NCBI RefSeq assembly: GCF_001194135.2
Contig: NC_069004.1
Coordinates: 10,918,104-10,974,361 of the forward strand
DNA from: Octopus bimaculoides
Lineage: Eukaryota
DNA: 56,258 bases
Direction of reading: 5' to 3'
Part shown: piece after piece, positions 35,148-48,138 of the stretch
Numbering within the stretch: the stretch's first letter is position 1
How the letters are laid out: each line of letters starts with the position of its first letter
Notes under the pieces: generated by a model
The model's input: only the letters and a program-made list of their open reading frames with translations
Database searches by the model: none
Told to the model about the DNA's origin: nothing
Made by a program: the position numbers and the translations under genes

Positions 35148-35764
35148 AGACACATAAATAGAACGGCAGACAGGTAGATATGTAATCATAAAACGTCAAC
35201 CAAGTCACGATACATTCTAATACAAACGTAATATTATGTAAAAGAGAAAGCGTACAATATTGAAAACAATAGGATTACATATGTATTAATCTTTGAAACT
35301 ATGCTGAAGTCATGTATGTAGATTGAGAAACGAATATTGACACCAAATATGTGTGAGTGTGTTGAATACGTTTTCGTTGTTCATTCTTTTCGATTGTAGT
35401 GTTGGAATGACTATAGAGGTTTAGCGTTTTCGCCGTGGTGGTCAGATTGTGTGGGTCGCACAGCGTTTCAGCTGTTCAGAGACCAATGTAAGAGAAGGAA
35501 ACGGGAAAGTTATCAGCAAAAACTTAACGAAAGAGTTGGAGTTCAATGTCCAAAGTTTTGTGTTATTCTATACGCTTTATTTCTTCCTCGGAAAACAACC
35601 TAAGAGACGAGGAATAAAAAAAAATATTGCAAAGACCTGGAATTAACGTGCGATTTCGTAACAGGCTGTATCGGTCCTTTCAACATTTATGGATTACTTA
35701 TATTCAGTAAATATTTATAAGTTTATGAATCGTCACACCAAGTTTATGGATTATTTCTGACTAA

Positions 35765-35990
35765 GCAGCACCGAGTGGTTAGGATACTGCACTTTCGATC
35801 GCAAAATCGTGGTTTCGATTTCCGGGCCAGGTAGCGCGTTGTGTTCCTGAGTAAACCTCTTCATTTCACGTTGCTCCAGTCCACTCAACTGCAAATGAGT
35901 AACTCTGTGACGGACTGGAATCCCGATCGAATACAATATTGTGATTTCGGTCAGTTATACGCCATAGAAAGCGGGTAACAGACCCTAAAA
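35765..35990 (+). mobile_element. SINE family D head and core with a different tail
   Basis: GAGTGGTTAGG and TTTCGATTTCC boxes, CATTTCACGTTGCTCCAGTCCACTC, then GTGACGGACTGGAATCCCG...TACGCCATAGAAAGCGGG. Confidence 0.7.
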
Positions 35991-36016
35991 CTCGAGACAG
36001 TAATGTCAATATATGT

Positions 36017-36113
36017 AAAAGAGACCGATAGAATAAGTCCTGGGGTTGATTTGTTCGATTAAAAAGTGGTGCTCTAGCAGGGCCGCAGTTAAATGACTGA
36101 AATAAGTAAAAGA
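36017..36113 (+). mobile_element. SINE family B, 3' tail
   Basis: AAAAGAGACCGATAGAATAAGTCCTGGGG...AAATGACTGAAATAAGTAAAAGA. Confidence 0.85.
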
Positions 36114-36337
36114 ATATATATGCAGAGAGAATCACTATTATACATAATTCATAATTGTATAACCAGAAAAGGTACCCAGGTGCAATTTCAGAGAATATAT
36201 ATTCTCAACATATCTCAATGCAAGCGTTAGAGCATGTAGGGGTGAGAGAAAGTAATGCATTTATTGGAAATGTGTAGCAAATTCAAGAAACATACGTAGA
36301 AGGGGAAGATTTAAGCCCATATCTTATTTCTTTTGTG

Positions 36338-36718
36338 TTTTATTTGCTGCAGTCTGGATTGTAGCCATGCTGGAGTGCCACCTTGAAGAGATTCAATCGA
36401 ACAAATCCAAATCCTACCTAGTAATTATTTTAAAGTTTGGTACTTATTCTATAGATCTCTTGTCGAACCGCTAGTTACAGGGATGTAAACAAGCCAACAC
36501 CGGTTGTCAAGCTGTGGTAGTGGTGGGAGTACAAGCAGACACACGCAACACACCAGCACACGCCCTTGTACAAAGGACTTCAACAGCTTCCGTTTACGAA
36601 AGTCACTCACAAAACATTGGTCGTCCTCCGGAGTAGTAGAAAACACCGAAAGTGCCGTGCAGTGGGATTGAACACGAATCCACATGATTGCAAAGCGAAC
36701 TTCTTAACCACCTGCGCC
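36338..36718 (-). mobile_element. SINE family B, diverged full length
   Basis: Tail, middle and head (CTTCTTAACCAC) are all recognisable in reverse complement. Confidence 0.8.
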
Positions 36719-37116
36719 TACATGCTCACAATTACTACATAATTCCATAACGATATGTTTGAGCGTGTGCAAATTAAAACGAACGTCATTTGATCGCTAG
36801 GTGTATATTTTTGTATCGATTTTATTCACATCAGCTTGTCTAAGTTTCCGGATCTCAATTATCAGCGACATTCACATAAATCTTGACTTTCTGGATTATA
36901 CATATACGCATGCGTTTATATCGGAGCGGGACGGGGTTGGAGTGGGACAACTACGCCGTAATCGCATTTGCGTATGAGGGGCTCGCTGTGTATGAGGGTG
37001 GATTTGTTTTATATATGTATATACACACACATACATGCGCATGCACATATATTGTTACATGTATACAAGCATACATATATACACGCACACATACATGCAC
37101 ATATATACACGAGCAC

Positions 37117-37156
<40 letters not shown>

Positions 37157-37764
37157 GCATACATAGATACATGCAGATATATTTATATATATATACACAC
37201 ACACAGTTGCACATGTACACACACACGCGCACACACATATACACACACGTATACACAAAATGCGCGCACACACAGATATATATACACATATATATATATA
37301 CACACACACACATATATATACATCCACACATATACACAATTGACGTGGCTTGCATGTATTCTACGACATTTGTAATCTATGGCCATTGGAATTCTATATA
37401 TGGCTGCTCTCAAAGCTCCAAAACATCTCGTTATTGGCACTGAGACAGATGTCCGTTGTGGTTCAATATGGAAATAAATAACACCTTATACGCACATACA
37501 TGTGCACAAATGCGTGCACACAAACATTTGCAAAACAAAATTTATTTATCTATTTTTGATAATTTGATGTTTCTTTAACATATTTCTACAAGAAAAAAAA
37601 ATATTAAAATTATCAAAGATTAAAATTATCGAGAAATCGCCCCACCTCCATAAATACCTCACAAAGGAAACAATGAAAAAGAAAAAAGGGTGAATTGTAT
37701 AGCAAAAGATAGGTGGGGGAGGGGGTAAAGGGCTGTACATCCCAGAACAAATGGCGTCTTTCGC

Positions 37765-37870
37765 CGTGCCTATCAAACATGATTGCAAAGGCCTCACCGC
37801 GGAGAATGGCCAGTGACACTCGTTGCAACAACCACCTCCCCACACCGCGGGGCTCATTTAGAGGTTTCAA
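37765..37870 (-). mobile_element. CRE-like (RLE-type) non-LTR retrotransposon C-terminal remnant
   Basis: NEPRGVGRWLLQRVSLAILRGEAFAI resembles the EPR...FL.QR.S.A.QRGNA...I C-terminal motif of CRE-clade elements. Confidence 0.5.
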
Positions 37871-38004
37871 AGATTTCGAACCTCCGTTTTGCTCCTCTTC
37901 ATCACATTATAATTTACTTAGATTCGTTTGTTTTGCTATATATTGTCTTATTACTTGAAAGGTTTTTTTTTTTTTTTTAGGTGAAAACCGACATCACGGC
38001 TTAT

Positions 38005-38316
38005 TTCTTAAGCCCGTTAAGTTACGGGAACGTAAACACACCACCAGCGGTTGTTAAATGGTCATGGAGGGGGAGGGAAACACAAACACAGAAACACAAA
38101 CACAGGAACGCACACACTGATATATATATACACGACGGGATTCTCTCAGTTTCCGTCAACCAAATCAACACCAGTACGCAACCGGTACTTAATTTATCGA
38201 CCCCGAAAGGATGAAAGGCAAAGTCGACCTCGGCGGAATTTGAACTCAGGGCATAAAGACAGACGAAATACCGCTAAGCATCTCGCCTGGCGTGCTAACG
38301 ACTCTGCCAGCTCGCT
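38005..38316 (-). mobile_element. SINE family B fragment (38005-38165) joined to a family C copy (38168-38316)
   Basis: GTTAAGTTACGGGAACGTAAACAC...GACGGGATTCTCTCAGTTTCCGTC, then GGTACTTAATTTATCGACCCCGAAAGGATGAAAGGC...TAACGACTCTGCCAGCTC. Confidence 0.85.
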
Positions 38317-38472
38317 GACCTAATATATTTAACAAAATATCGTCCGAAGGTTGTTTTATGACTGAAATAAAAACGATTTGACAATAAGTGTAATTATAAC
38401 AACGCATTAATCTATATAATGGCCACAATGTGTGTATAATAATTATATATTTACATATATATATACAATATA

Positions 38473-38572
38473 CTGCGTGACACCTTGGGCAAGTGTCTTC
38501 TACTATAGCCTCGGACCGACCAAAGCCTTGTGAGTGGATTTGGTAGACGGAAACTGAAAGAAGCCCGTCGTG

Positions 38573-38625
<53 letters not shown>

Positions 38626-38780
38626 NNNNNNNNNNATGCTGGTGTGTTTACGTCCCCGTAACTTAGCGGTTCGGCAAAAGAGACTAGCCTTCCAAAGAAT
38701 AAGTCCTGGGGTCGATTTGCTCGACTAAAGGCGGTGCTCCAGCATGGCCACAGCCAAATGACTGAAACAAGTAAAAGAGT
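38473..38780 (+). mobile_element. SINE family B (5' truncated), gap in its internal (TG)n
   Basis: High identity to the 28554 copy from CTGCGTGACACCTTGGGCAAG to ATGACTGAAACAAGTAAAAGA. Confidence 0.92.
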
Positions 38781-39830
38781 AATACACACAATATACACAC
38801 ACAATCACATATACATAAGCTGTGTACATTTATATTTATCGCGGACGCGTACACTTTGAATGTACAATGATGTTCGCTACATTGACTGCCTCGGAAGAGA
38901 AATTTTACATATAGGCAATGCCTGTGATAACACACTGAGCTGATTATAAAATATAGGGGGGGGTGTACACACACGAAGGGCCTCAGTACAGTATGTCTAT
39001 AAAATTTCACTCAGGAGATATTAGTCCAAAATAGAATAAACTTGGAATAAATACTAATACCACGTTGTTCCCAATTCAACATTGCTATTCATGCGCCCAG
39101 CTATACAATGTTCGTACATAAAACATCTTTAAATAATCATTCGATACGTAGTGTACAGTGATTCCCTGTTGTCTAAAATAAAACAAAGTGTTTTCACGTA
39201 AAAGATTTCTATGTATATTATAAACGCATGAACTACACCGATGTATCTACGTTTTATCGTTGTGCGCTTAGTTTATCTCTTTCTCTTTGTCTCTTTATAT
39301 TGAATATTTTGGGCTGTGTCTCTACATAGGAGCTACGAAAATTGCACACATTTACTCCATATATATATATATATATATATATATACTACCAAATGTCACA
39401 GTCAAAATGAAATACTTACAAACACACCGGCACACATGTAGCGGTTAGGGCACAAGCGTGCACACACAGAGATACAGGCGCATAAACGCACGCTCAGATA
39501 TGCTGATGTGCATCGAAGCCTACCAAGCTAGAGAGGATGCAGCTGCGAAATATGTAACATTGTGCGCTGCCGGATTAACAATGTAACGGAATTGAATAAA
39601 CGATCAGGAATAGGAAAAAGTATTTGTTTGTTCTCTGGAGTGATATAATGACAGAGGATGAAAGTGAATAAACGATCGGGAATAACAATGGGACGGAAAT
39701 GGAACAGAGGAATGACAATGACCTACTTTAGCCTTAAGGAAGGCTTTAAATAGAAACCGATGGATTGACAGGTTTACCAATCAAATGTATCAATACAGCT
39801 CCTTCTCTCTCCTCTCCTCTTCTCATTTAT

Positions 39831-40203
39831 TCTTTTATTCCGTTATTCTTTCAGTCATTCGACTGCGCCGATGCTGGAGCACCGCTTTGAAGGGTTTTAG
39901 TCGAACAATCTAAACCTAGTACTTTATCATTTTCTTTTGCCGAACCACTAAGTTACGTCGACGTAAACACAAGAACGTCTAGCGGTAATGGAGGACAAAC
40001 AGACACAAAGACACACACATGTCTATTTATTTATTACACGATGGGCTTCTTTCAGTTTCCGTCTACCAGATCAACTCATTAGGCTTTGGTCGGCCCGAGG
40101 CTATAATATAAGACACTTGCCCTAGGTGCCACACTGTGAGACTGAACCCAGAACCATGTAGTTGGGAAGCAAACTTCGTACCACACAGCCACGACCACGC
40201 CTG
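39831..40203 (-). mobile_element. SINE family B, full length
   Basis: Reverse complement with head GCAGGCGTGGTCGTGGCTGTGTGG. Confidence 0.9.
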
Positions 40204-40289
40204 CGCGCGCGCGCGCACAGAGAGACAGAGGATACAAAATACATTTTTGATTTATTGAAATTATCTCCGTTCCCAGGGATGGTAAAACC

Positions 40290-41100
40290 ACCACTTGAAG
40301 CAGGAACGTATACAGGAAGTTCTCACGTCTTCTCTAGGCAGTCTCTGCCTCAATGACCTGTTAATTTCTGATATCTCTTGATTCTTGAAACTGATTGTCT
40401 TCACTTGAAGTTGGTCCTTATCGCCAAGAGATTATTCCACCAACTCTGGGAGTCCCGGAAGCGGAAATAATTTCATTGATTTCTGGTATGAACAACAAAA
40501 TCAAATAGACATATTTGATTTTGTTGTTCATGCATGACTGCTGCAACAGTTTGCAACAATCTCGTTGTAACAACATCCTTAACCATTTTAACCTCCCTTA
40601 AAGAAAGAAAAGAATAAATACATTGAGAATTATCTACAATATCATTAGCGTTACAGGTTTCAAAATTACTGGAATGTACACCAACAAGCGCAGTGGAACA
40701 TATCTGTAGTAACCTGACTGAGGTTAACTTATCCACTCCTGTTATGGCCATCACCAGAAACTACGAGTGTACAAAGAAACAATGAGAGTGCGTGCATTAT
40801 ATCGATATTGCCAGACAGTGTCCCTCTTACACGATTCGTCACTGCATGTCGATTTGTACAGTATATCTTCAGTTAAGGGCCAAGACATGGGGTAGATGGG
40901 ATCTGTAGAGATCAGGTCTCGTCATTCGGCCAACAAACTACGTGCTATAGGACGTGCTATAGGACTGTCGTTAATACGACAACAAAAGCTACTACGTCTT
41001 TCTCTCCAATTCATCAAAACTGTTTACAAAATATGTAAAGCCATTGTTCTGACAGAGTTAGGTAAACGCAAAAGGTCATGACATCGTCTTGAAGCAGACA
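40290..41100 (-). mobile_element. Very degenerate CR1-like LINE remnant
   Basis: Minus-strand pieces LQDDV...SEQWL.IF, E*RDL, LYT, PGLPEL and RSLRQRLPRED...FK are in the order of the CR1 RT C-terminus (LQ.DL...W..WL..F, EERDLG, LY, IPGL..L, L.SL..RR.R.D...FK). Confidence 0.4.
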
Positions 41101-41642
41101 AAGTACGGAGTTGTTTATATTTCTCAACATTATCTTTAATCATTACTCTTTAGGCTGACATGTTTTGACAGTTTTATTGTCATTGGCTGACGTTTGTACT
41201 CCCCTCCGCTCCTACCTCCTCTCCTTTCCTCCCCGTACGTTTTATAATATTCATTTCCATTCTCTGACTGTCTCCTTCGTATTCATATTCTACCAATTAG
41301 ATTAATGTCCATATAATAAAAACGACAGTTATCGATCAGACTGTCAACTTGTCTCTCTTTCTATGTACGTAAGTATCCGCAGCGTGGCTAGGCTGCGGTG
41401 GAAGGTGCAGGAGGCGAGGTCGCTTTGATCAACGCTTTACGTGGGTGGTACTATTGGGTTTACTGTATAAGCCTGTAAAGCCGGGACACAGGGTGTTACA
41501 GTTAAGGGCCGCCCCGAATGGTGCACGCATGTACATACACATACACGAGCTATATACCACTGGTGATTTTCTAGGTATGTGTATTTATGTCGAAAATTGC
41601 AGTCAAACTCCCAAAATTCATTCCTTAAATATTGTGTTAAAC

Positions 41643-42139
41643 TAGGTGTTTTCAACCAGGGTCCAAATGGCCCCCAAGGAGCCATATAAGATTTGCGGTG
41701 GGGAGGGGGGGGTCCTGCAACAAAATAGTAATTAGGAATCCACAATAGTATTTTAAATGCTCCTGAAAAAATTTTGTTTTAGATGTACCGTATTTTAATG
41801 AGTATAAGGAATACCCTAATTTTGAGGGCTTAAAATTTGGAAAAAAGGTTTTGTAAGGGATTATAATACTATCCATGTAAAGAAAACTCCCATATTTTTC
41901 AAACCTAATTTTTGACAAAAGAGGGCTCCTTAAAATATTGCAAGAAACAGATAGGTATTTTTCTCTAACATTTTCCATAATTCAACCTACACAAGTTAAT
42001 GTGTGAAAAACAAAAACAGGAATTTTGAAAGAAGTTTCTATAAGACTAGTTTTTAAACATCGAATGACTATGGAGGGGTTCCACTAGAATAAAATAATAA
42101 TCTAAGGGGTCCAGAGATGAAAAATGGTTGAGAACAATC
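41643..42139. mobile_element. hAT/Charlie-style MITE (about 500 bp)
   Basis: Left end TAGGTGTTTTCAACC and right end GGTTGAGAACAATCC (10 of 11 inner bases inverted-identical), with subterminal GGGGTCC motifs. Confidence 0.65.
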
Positions 42140-42260
42140 CTCAATATTCAAATGACAGGAGTTTTAATAGTTGAGCGTCTTTCAACGTTGTTTTAATATA
42201 TTTTTCGGCTAGCCGAAAGGATGGTGTTTCGAAACCAGCCAGGGACGTTGGAATTTTATA

Positions 42261-42396
42261 GGCGCTGGTGTGGCTGTGTAGTAAGAAGCTTGCTTCCTAA
42301 CGACATTGTTTCCGGGACGGACATTTTGGGCAATTGTCTTCCACTATAGCCTCGTGTTGACCATATATATATATATGGTCAACAAAGACACATACA

Positions 42397-42432
<36 letters not shown>

Positions 42433-42739
42433 NNNNNNNNNNNNNNNNNNNNNNNNNNNNNNNNNNNNNNNNNNNNNNNNNNNNNNNNNNNNNNNNNNNN
42501 NNNNNNNNNNNNNNNNNNNNNNNNNNNNNNNNNNNNNNNNNNNNNNNNNNNNNNNNNNNNNNNNNNNNNNNNNNNNNNNNNNNNNNNNNNNNNNNNNNNN
42601 NNNNNNNNNNNNNNNNNNNNNNNNNNNNNNNNNNNNNNNNNNNNNAAAAAGCAAGTACTGGGGTCGATTCGTTCGACTAGAAAAAAAAAATTCAAGGCGA
42701 TGCCCCAGCATGGCCGCATTCTGACTGAAACAAGTAAAA
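42261..42739 (+). mobile_element. SINE family B split by a gap at its internal (TA)n
   Basis: Head GGTGTGGCTGTGTAGTAAG and CORE-like TTGGGCAATTGTCTT; the tail CCCCAGCATGGCCGC...GACTGAAACAAGTAAAA follows the gap. Confidence 0.85.
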
Positions 42740-43629
42740 CATCAACAACAACAACAACAACAAAAACGATCTAGCTCAGATCTGACATCGAGTCCTCGGA
42801 GCAATTACAGAAAAAACAAACTCGCCGATGCGTGAGATTTTCTCTGAATTTTTATGGCCTCCTCTTCAGCTGATTCGAGAAAAATTCTTTCACCGAGGCC
42901 AGAAGTCGTTCTAATGACTTCACTGCTGGATATCAGTGAGGGTGGCAAACCTTGTAAATTGATGGTGCATTGCAGATACGCAGAAATGTATATATTGAGA
43001 TGGGTAATAGGGTGAGGAGGCAAAGAAGCGATCGGTTGTGATGGTGATGGTGGGTGGTGGTAGTGGAGGCATTGTAGATCAATCAATACCACGCTTGATT
43101 TATTTCGCCATTAAGCTTATTCCCCAACCTTTCTTTCTCTCTCTCTCACCGCATCTTTCTCTCCCAGTGTATCTGTCTCCCTGTACTCCACTCGACATGT
43201 TTGACTGAACAACAGCCTGTCTTTCGCTGTAGAGGTTCTCGTTGTTATTGACGATGATGATGATGATGATAAAGAGGAGGAGGAGGAGGAGGCCGAGCAT
43301 CATCAACGTTGTCACGTGGTGGTTATGGGGATGATAGTGCGTCATGGTGCTACTGTTGAATGATTAATGGTGTTGTTGATAGTGATGATGATGATGGGGG
43401 GGGGGCGTTAAGAGTGAACGGAGCATAAGGTTAAGAATGGATATCAAATCTGTTGATGATTTTAGCGAAGATTGTCTATCCCTCTATCCCTCTATCCCTC
43501 TATCTATCTATTTATCCATCCATCCATCAATCTTGCTTTGTTATCCGTCTACCTATCTATCGTTCCATCCATCCACCATCTATTATTTATCCAGATTATT
43601 TATTCAGAAATGTAGCCAAATATGTGGAA

Positions 43630-43716
<87 letters not shown>

Positions 43717-44016
43717 AAGGGAGAGAGAGAGAAACGGATATGTTGAGCAGTCGGCATATTGCATCACGTGACCAAATAGAAAGACGTGCCATGTGACCTG
43801 AAAATGGAAACGCCATTTTGTTTTGATTTATCAGTCGCGTATTCTATCGTCTGCCATGGTTGCCATTTCGTTGATATTTATCAAAGTGAATCACAATGTT
43901 GGAGGAGGGAAAGAAAATGGCGTCGGTACATTGTAGACGGGGCGAGGGACGCAGGGGACATCATAAATCTAAACTATTAAATTGCCTGTGTTTGTGTACG
44001 TGAATATTTCCTATAC

Positions 44017-44120
<104 letters not shown>

Positions 44121-44676
44121 TGAATGAAGCGATATCACTATGGACGTATTGGATATCCATCAACTTCCAGCTGGCAAAGTCCATCCCAGTGTCAGGAACA
44201 AGGGTCAGTTGGCAGATGTATCAATCATCAGAATGTCAGCTTCCAAAGTACTGGAAAGATGAAGACGAGGAGAAGAGGAAAGAGGGTGACGACGGTGATG
44301 TTAGCAATGACGGTGATGTTGGTGATGACAGCAATGACGGTGATAAAAGATGAAGCTGAAGATGAGGAGGAGAATAAAGACAACAGTGGTGGTGATGGTG
44401 ATGATGAGAATGGTGGTGGTGACAGTAAATATCCGTAGGCGGAGGACGCGATGATAATGGATGAGGATGAGAACGAGGCGGATGACAATGACGACAACGA
44501 TGGTGGTGATGACGCCGATTAACGTCATCGTCATATTTGGAATTTTCCTTCAACTTGTTTTTATAGCAAATCCTCTTCACGTTTTCGTTCAAATCTACGC
44601 CGAACTCTATTCTACTTTATCTTTCCGAAGTCGTTTCGAATTTGTTTGCTTCTAATTTTGTCATTAGCGTCATATG

Positions 44677-44715
<39 letters not shown>

Positions 44716-44893
44716 CTTACTGCTCCACATTGAAGTTCTGTGAACGTATGACGCATCGACCTCATCAGATGTTCGAATGACGAAGACATGTCCTATATGT
44801 CCACGAAACTTTAAGTGATGTAGTATAGGGTTAAACTATTAATGGGCTGAGTGCTACTATCGTTTTTACATTCACTCGTGAGATGTGTGTGCA

Positions 44894-45468
44894 TTTATTA
44901 TTATTATTATTATCATTATTGAGTGAGAGAGCAGTGCATGCCATCAAAGTGACACTGGGGTAAAATATATGAAGCCCATTATACCCATCATGACTACTCG
45001 TCTGAGAAGGGTACACCAGGCACATGCATCACAACCATGTGTGCATGACATGGTGATCTCATATCAAGATAAACAGCGCATGACCTTGCAGGTGGGGCCC
45101 AGTTAGAATTTTCTTCAGGTTGAGTAGCCCATCCCGCTCAAAAGGTCCCTCAATATGGGTTGTTTAAGGATGTTGAACGAAACACCCATGTTTCCAAAGG
45201 TGTATTATCCGAACCCCAAAGAATTCCTCTCAACATATGTCTATGATGCTCCTCCACCACTTCTGCTCGTGATCAGAGATGCACATATCGTCAGCCTCTA
45301 AGGGACATGTTCAATTGGTTAAGATCAAACAACTGACAAGCAAATCTGTGGTATTAAGCAGAATATTTGCTGTAGCCTATCTTTTGCACCAAGACAGAAC
45401 ATGTTGAAGATAACACTTCCAATCAGTTAAGATGAGAAGCCATGAGAACCACTGCCTGGTACTACATC
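44894..45468 (-). mobile_element. Non-coding retroelement 3' segment with (TAA)n tail, probably from an R4/Dong-like LINE
   Basis: The minus strand ends ...GGCATGCACTGCTCTCTCACTCAATAATGATAATAATAATAA. The family assignment comes from my recollection of octopus repeats and is unverified. Confidence 0.5.
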
Positions 45469-45939
45469 GAGTTCAGATAAAGTTTCAGATAGAGTTCATT
45501 GAAAGTTTCATGCTAGGAATATCATTGTGAGAAAATATACGAAATGAAATAATTTGCGAACAGAGCCGAGTGAACGATGTGATTGCAGAATACAAAGGTG
45601 TAAATTCCTCTGGGCGGACATATCACAAATTTCATAGATAACAGGCGAGCTCTTGCAGTTGCCGAGTGGTAACCAAGAAATCAAAAAGAGTCACTCGGGT
45701 TTAGTTAAAAGATTTGAGCCAAGATTGAAAACGATGACGAAATCAAGAAAGAATTGGAAGCACATTGTGACCACCGATATATAGCAACAGCCAATAGTCC
45801 CTCTGATACAGTGACGCACAGACACACACATTATTTCAAATTGAACGATCCTGCTACATCGTAAATAGATGAATATCTAGCAGTGGGATATCCCTAGTGT
45901 GGTAAACAGAATGAAAACATTCTCCCCTTTGTGACCCAA

Positions 45940-46465
45940 AAGGGTTCGGCTTGAAATTTCGATGGCATTGCCGAATAGAAAAGACATCTGAAGGAGGCAG
46001 AAGAGAAAAACCGCTGAAATAACATGACCATAACAAGATAATTACACAAGTCCTAGGAATATATTGGAATATAATAAAGTAATTCGTCTTTATGTATACT
46101 GTTTATATTAGTCGGACTGCTAGAGTCATTGTCTTGGTTGCTGTTTTCCCTATGTTTCGGTTGTTATACGCACCAGCCTTTTTCAGATGGTTTGAACTAA
46201 TTGATAGAGATCACCACTGGAAAATTAGAAAACTTAAGGAAGCAGTGTATATGCCAGGACATACAACCCTCAAAGCAGATCAAGTGCAGAGATGAATACA
46301 ATATGGGGACCAATAATTAAGAAATAAAAGGGCAGATTGCCACAATAGTAATAATAGACTACACAGACTCTTGAAGTGAACTCGTGCGTTGAAATAGTTT
46401 TGACCTGAAACTGACCTGGAGAAACGAAGACATAATTGAAGAGGTCGCGAATGGCAACGAAATTA
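45940..46465 (+). mobile_element. Penelope-like fragment cluster: inverted terminal-repeat pieces plus GIY-YIG C-terminus
   Basis: 46200-46325 on + reads IDRDHHWKIRKLKEAVYM...AEMNTIWGPIIKK*, homologous to the 26.9 kb fragment. Degenerate hammerhead cores lie at 45988-46019 (+), 46154-46186 (-) and 46436-46462 (+). Confidence 0.7.
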
Positions 46466-46689
46466 CCTTGACGAACAGAACTGATGGATTGATTCTTGAA
46501 CCAAGTGATTGTTCAAACAATCGATTAGATAGATGCTTAAAAAGTTAACCAATAAACGAATATTAAAGAAGTAAGATCGAACCAGTGCGTGTGTTTATTA
46601 TTAACATAGAGATCTTCTCGAGATACAGCAAAATAATATTGTTTTTGATTTACGTAGAAGGCCAACAGTTTTGTCAGTAGGGTGGGGTG

Positions 46690-46865
46690 GAGGTGTTAAT
46701 CGATATCATCGACCCGAGCTCTCCATAGATACTTCATTTCATCGAACCCCAAAAGTTGAGAGGCAACGTTGACCTCGGGGTTGGGATGGGGGAGTTGAAC
46801 CCTAAATGTGAAAGAGCCGGAAGAAATATCGCAAGGCATTTTTGTCCGGCATTCTAATGACAGTA
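46690..46865 (-). mobile_element. Degenerate SINE family C
   Basis: TTCATCGAACCCCAAAAGTTGAGAGGCAACGTTGACCTCGG...GAAATATCGCAAGGCATTTT. Confidence 0.65.
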
Positions 46866-47687
46866 CTAATGATCTTGAGGAGAAAGAAGTGAACACAGGG
46901 GTTAGGGAGGAGTCTGCAGGCAAGGATAGACACAATATGCCCAACGATTGAAGAGACGAGTAAACCGGAACCGGAACCGAAAATGTCCGACTGCAGCTGA
47001 CATCTAATACCACCAGCAATTCCAATAATCAGACATTGTACTGTGCTAGTGACTGTATATTAATGCGTTGATCTGTCTCTTTTCAGGTAGAGTTTATGAT
47101 GTTTGTGTATAGCCACAGAACCAACCAAAGGCGAGGGGAATTTCACTCCAGTGTGAGTCTCATCTGAGTTTTCTAGAGGGTTAGTGGTTGCGAGAATGGA
47201 GGGAACAGAATTAGTATTTAGTTGTGTATCACCGGCACCTCTATACCACGATACGTAAAAATTAATTAGGAAATTGCTTTAACTGCTCGCTCGTCAATAG
47301 CATAACGTGAGTTTGGCCCCTACGTTCCCTGTGCAGTAACCAAATTGGATCCTCCCTTCCTTAAGCCTAAGATACCTTCAACTACAGCAAACACCCATAT
47401 ATGACGTGGCCATCCTGTGCGGTCCGTACGCCTCACATTGCGCCACTCTAGTTCGTCTTTCTAGAAATAACAGCTATTTTCACTCAAACCACCTCTTAAT
47501 GTCCTATAAAAAGAACACTTTGGATATGGTTGTAACTTATTAATGACTTGTAGGGACACTATTTCGTTATGCAACCATGATAGAAAAATATATTTTGTAG
47601 TATATTAGTATAAGTCAATACCGCGTTCTACTGTGTTAGCAGTGCTATTAAAGAAAATCGGTAGAGATTATCTTAAGCTGTAACTTA

Positions 47688-47800
47688 CATTGTCGAGAAG
47701 CAAACTTGGCATGGTTATGGTAGGAAAGTCTCTATAAATCTGCCATTGTCGAGAAGCAGAGTCGACACGGTCATGGTAGAAAGGTCTCTAACGTCTGCCA
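47688..47800. repeat. 56-bp tandem repeat, 2 copies
   Basis: CATTGTCGAGAAGCA...ATGGTAG.AA.GTCTCTA..TCTGCCA at 47688 and 47744. Confidence 0.85.
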
Positions 47801-47941
47801 GGTAGGACTGACTCAGAACAACTATGCCTCGGCCATCCTCCTCATTATTAATACCGCTGCAACAGCAGCTGCTGTTCCATCAGAGCTGGCCTGGAGCTAC
47901 ACCACTACATCCCAACTACACCATTATGACACTATACCACC

Positions 47942-48121
<180 letters not shown>

Positions 48122-48138
48122 CAATAACCACCACTAAC

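Noticed and set aside
36883-37443. ORFs made of YI/CV/HT/RE repeats or homopolymer amino acids (also 25.7-26.3, 34.9-35.2, 43.4-43.8 and 47.9-48.8 kb)
   Set aside because: These are translations of dinucleotide and trinucleotide repeats.
41368-41395. 7-bp GC hairpin CCGCAGC/GCTGCGG sharing TAGGCTGCGG with the 20.2 kb hairpin
   Set aside because: Too short, and a post hoc 10-mer match is compatible with chance.
42805-42960. Open frames on both strands (GLPPSLISSSEVIR... and MREIFSEFLWPPLQ...)
   Set aside because: No canonical splice-site pair or recognisable homology, and the strand is ambiguous.
46945-46990. TTGAAGA...CGAAA hammerhead-like string
   Set aside because: No stem II or stem I pairing.
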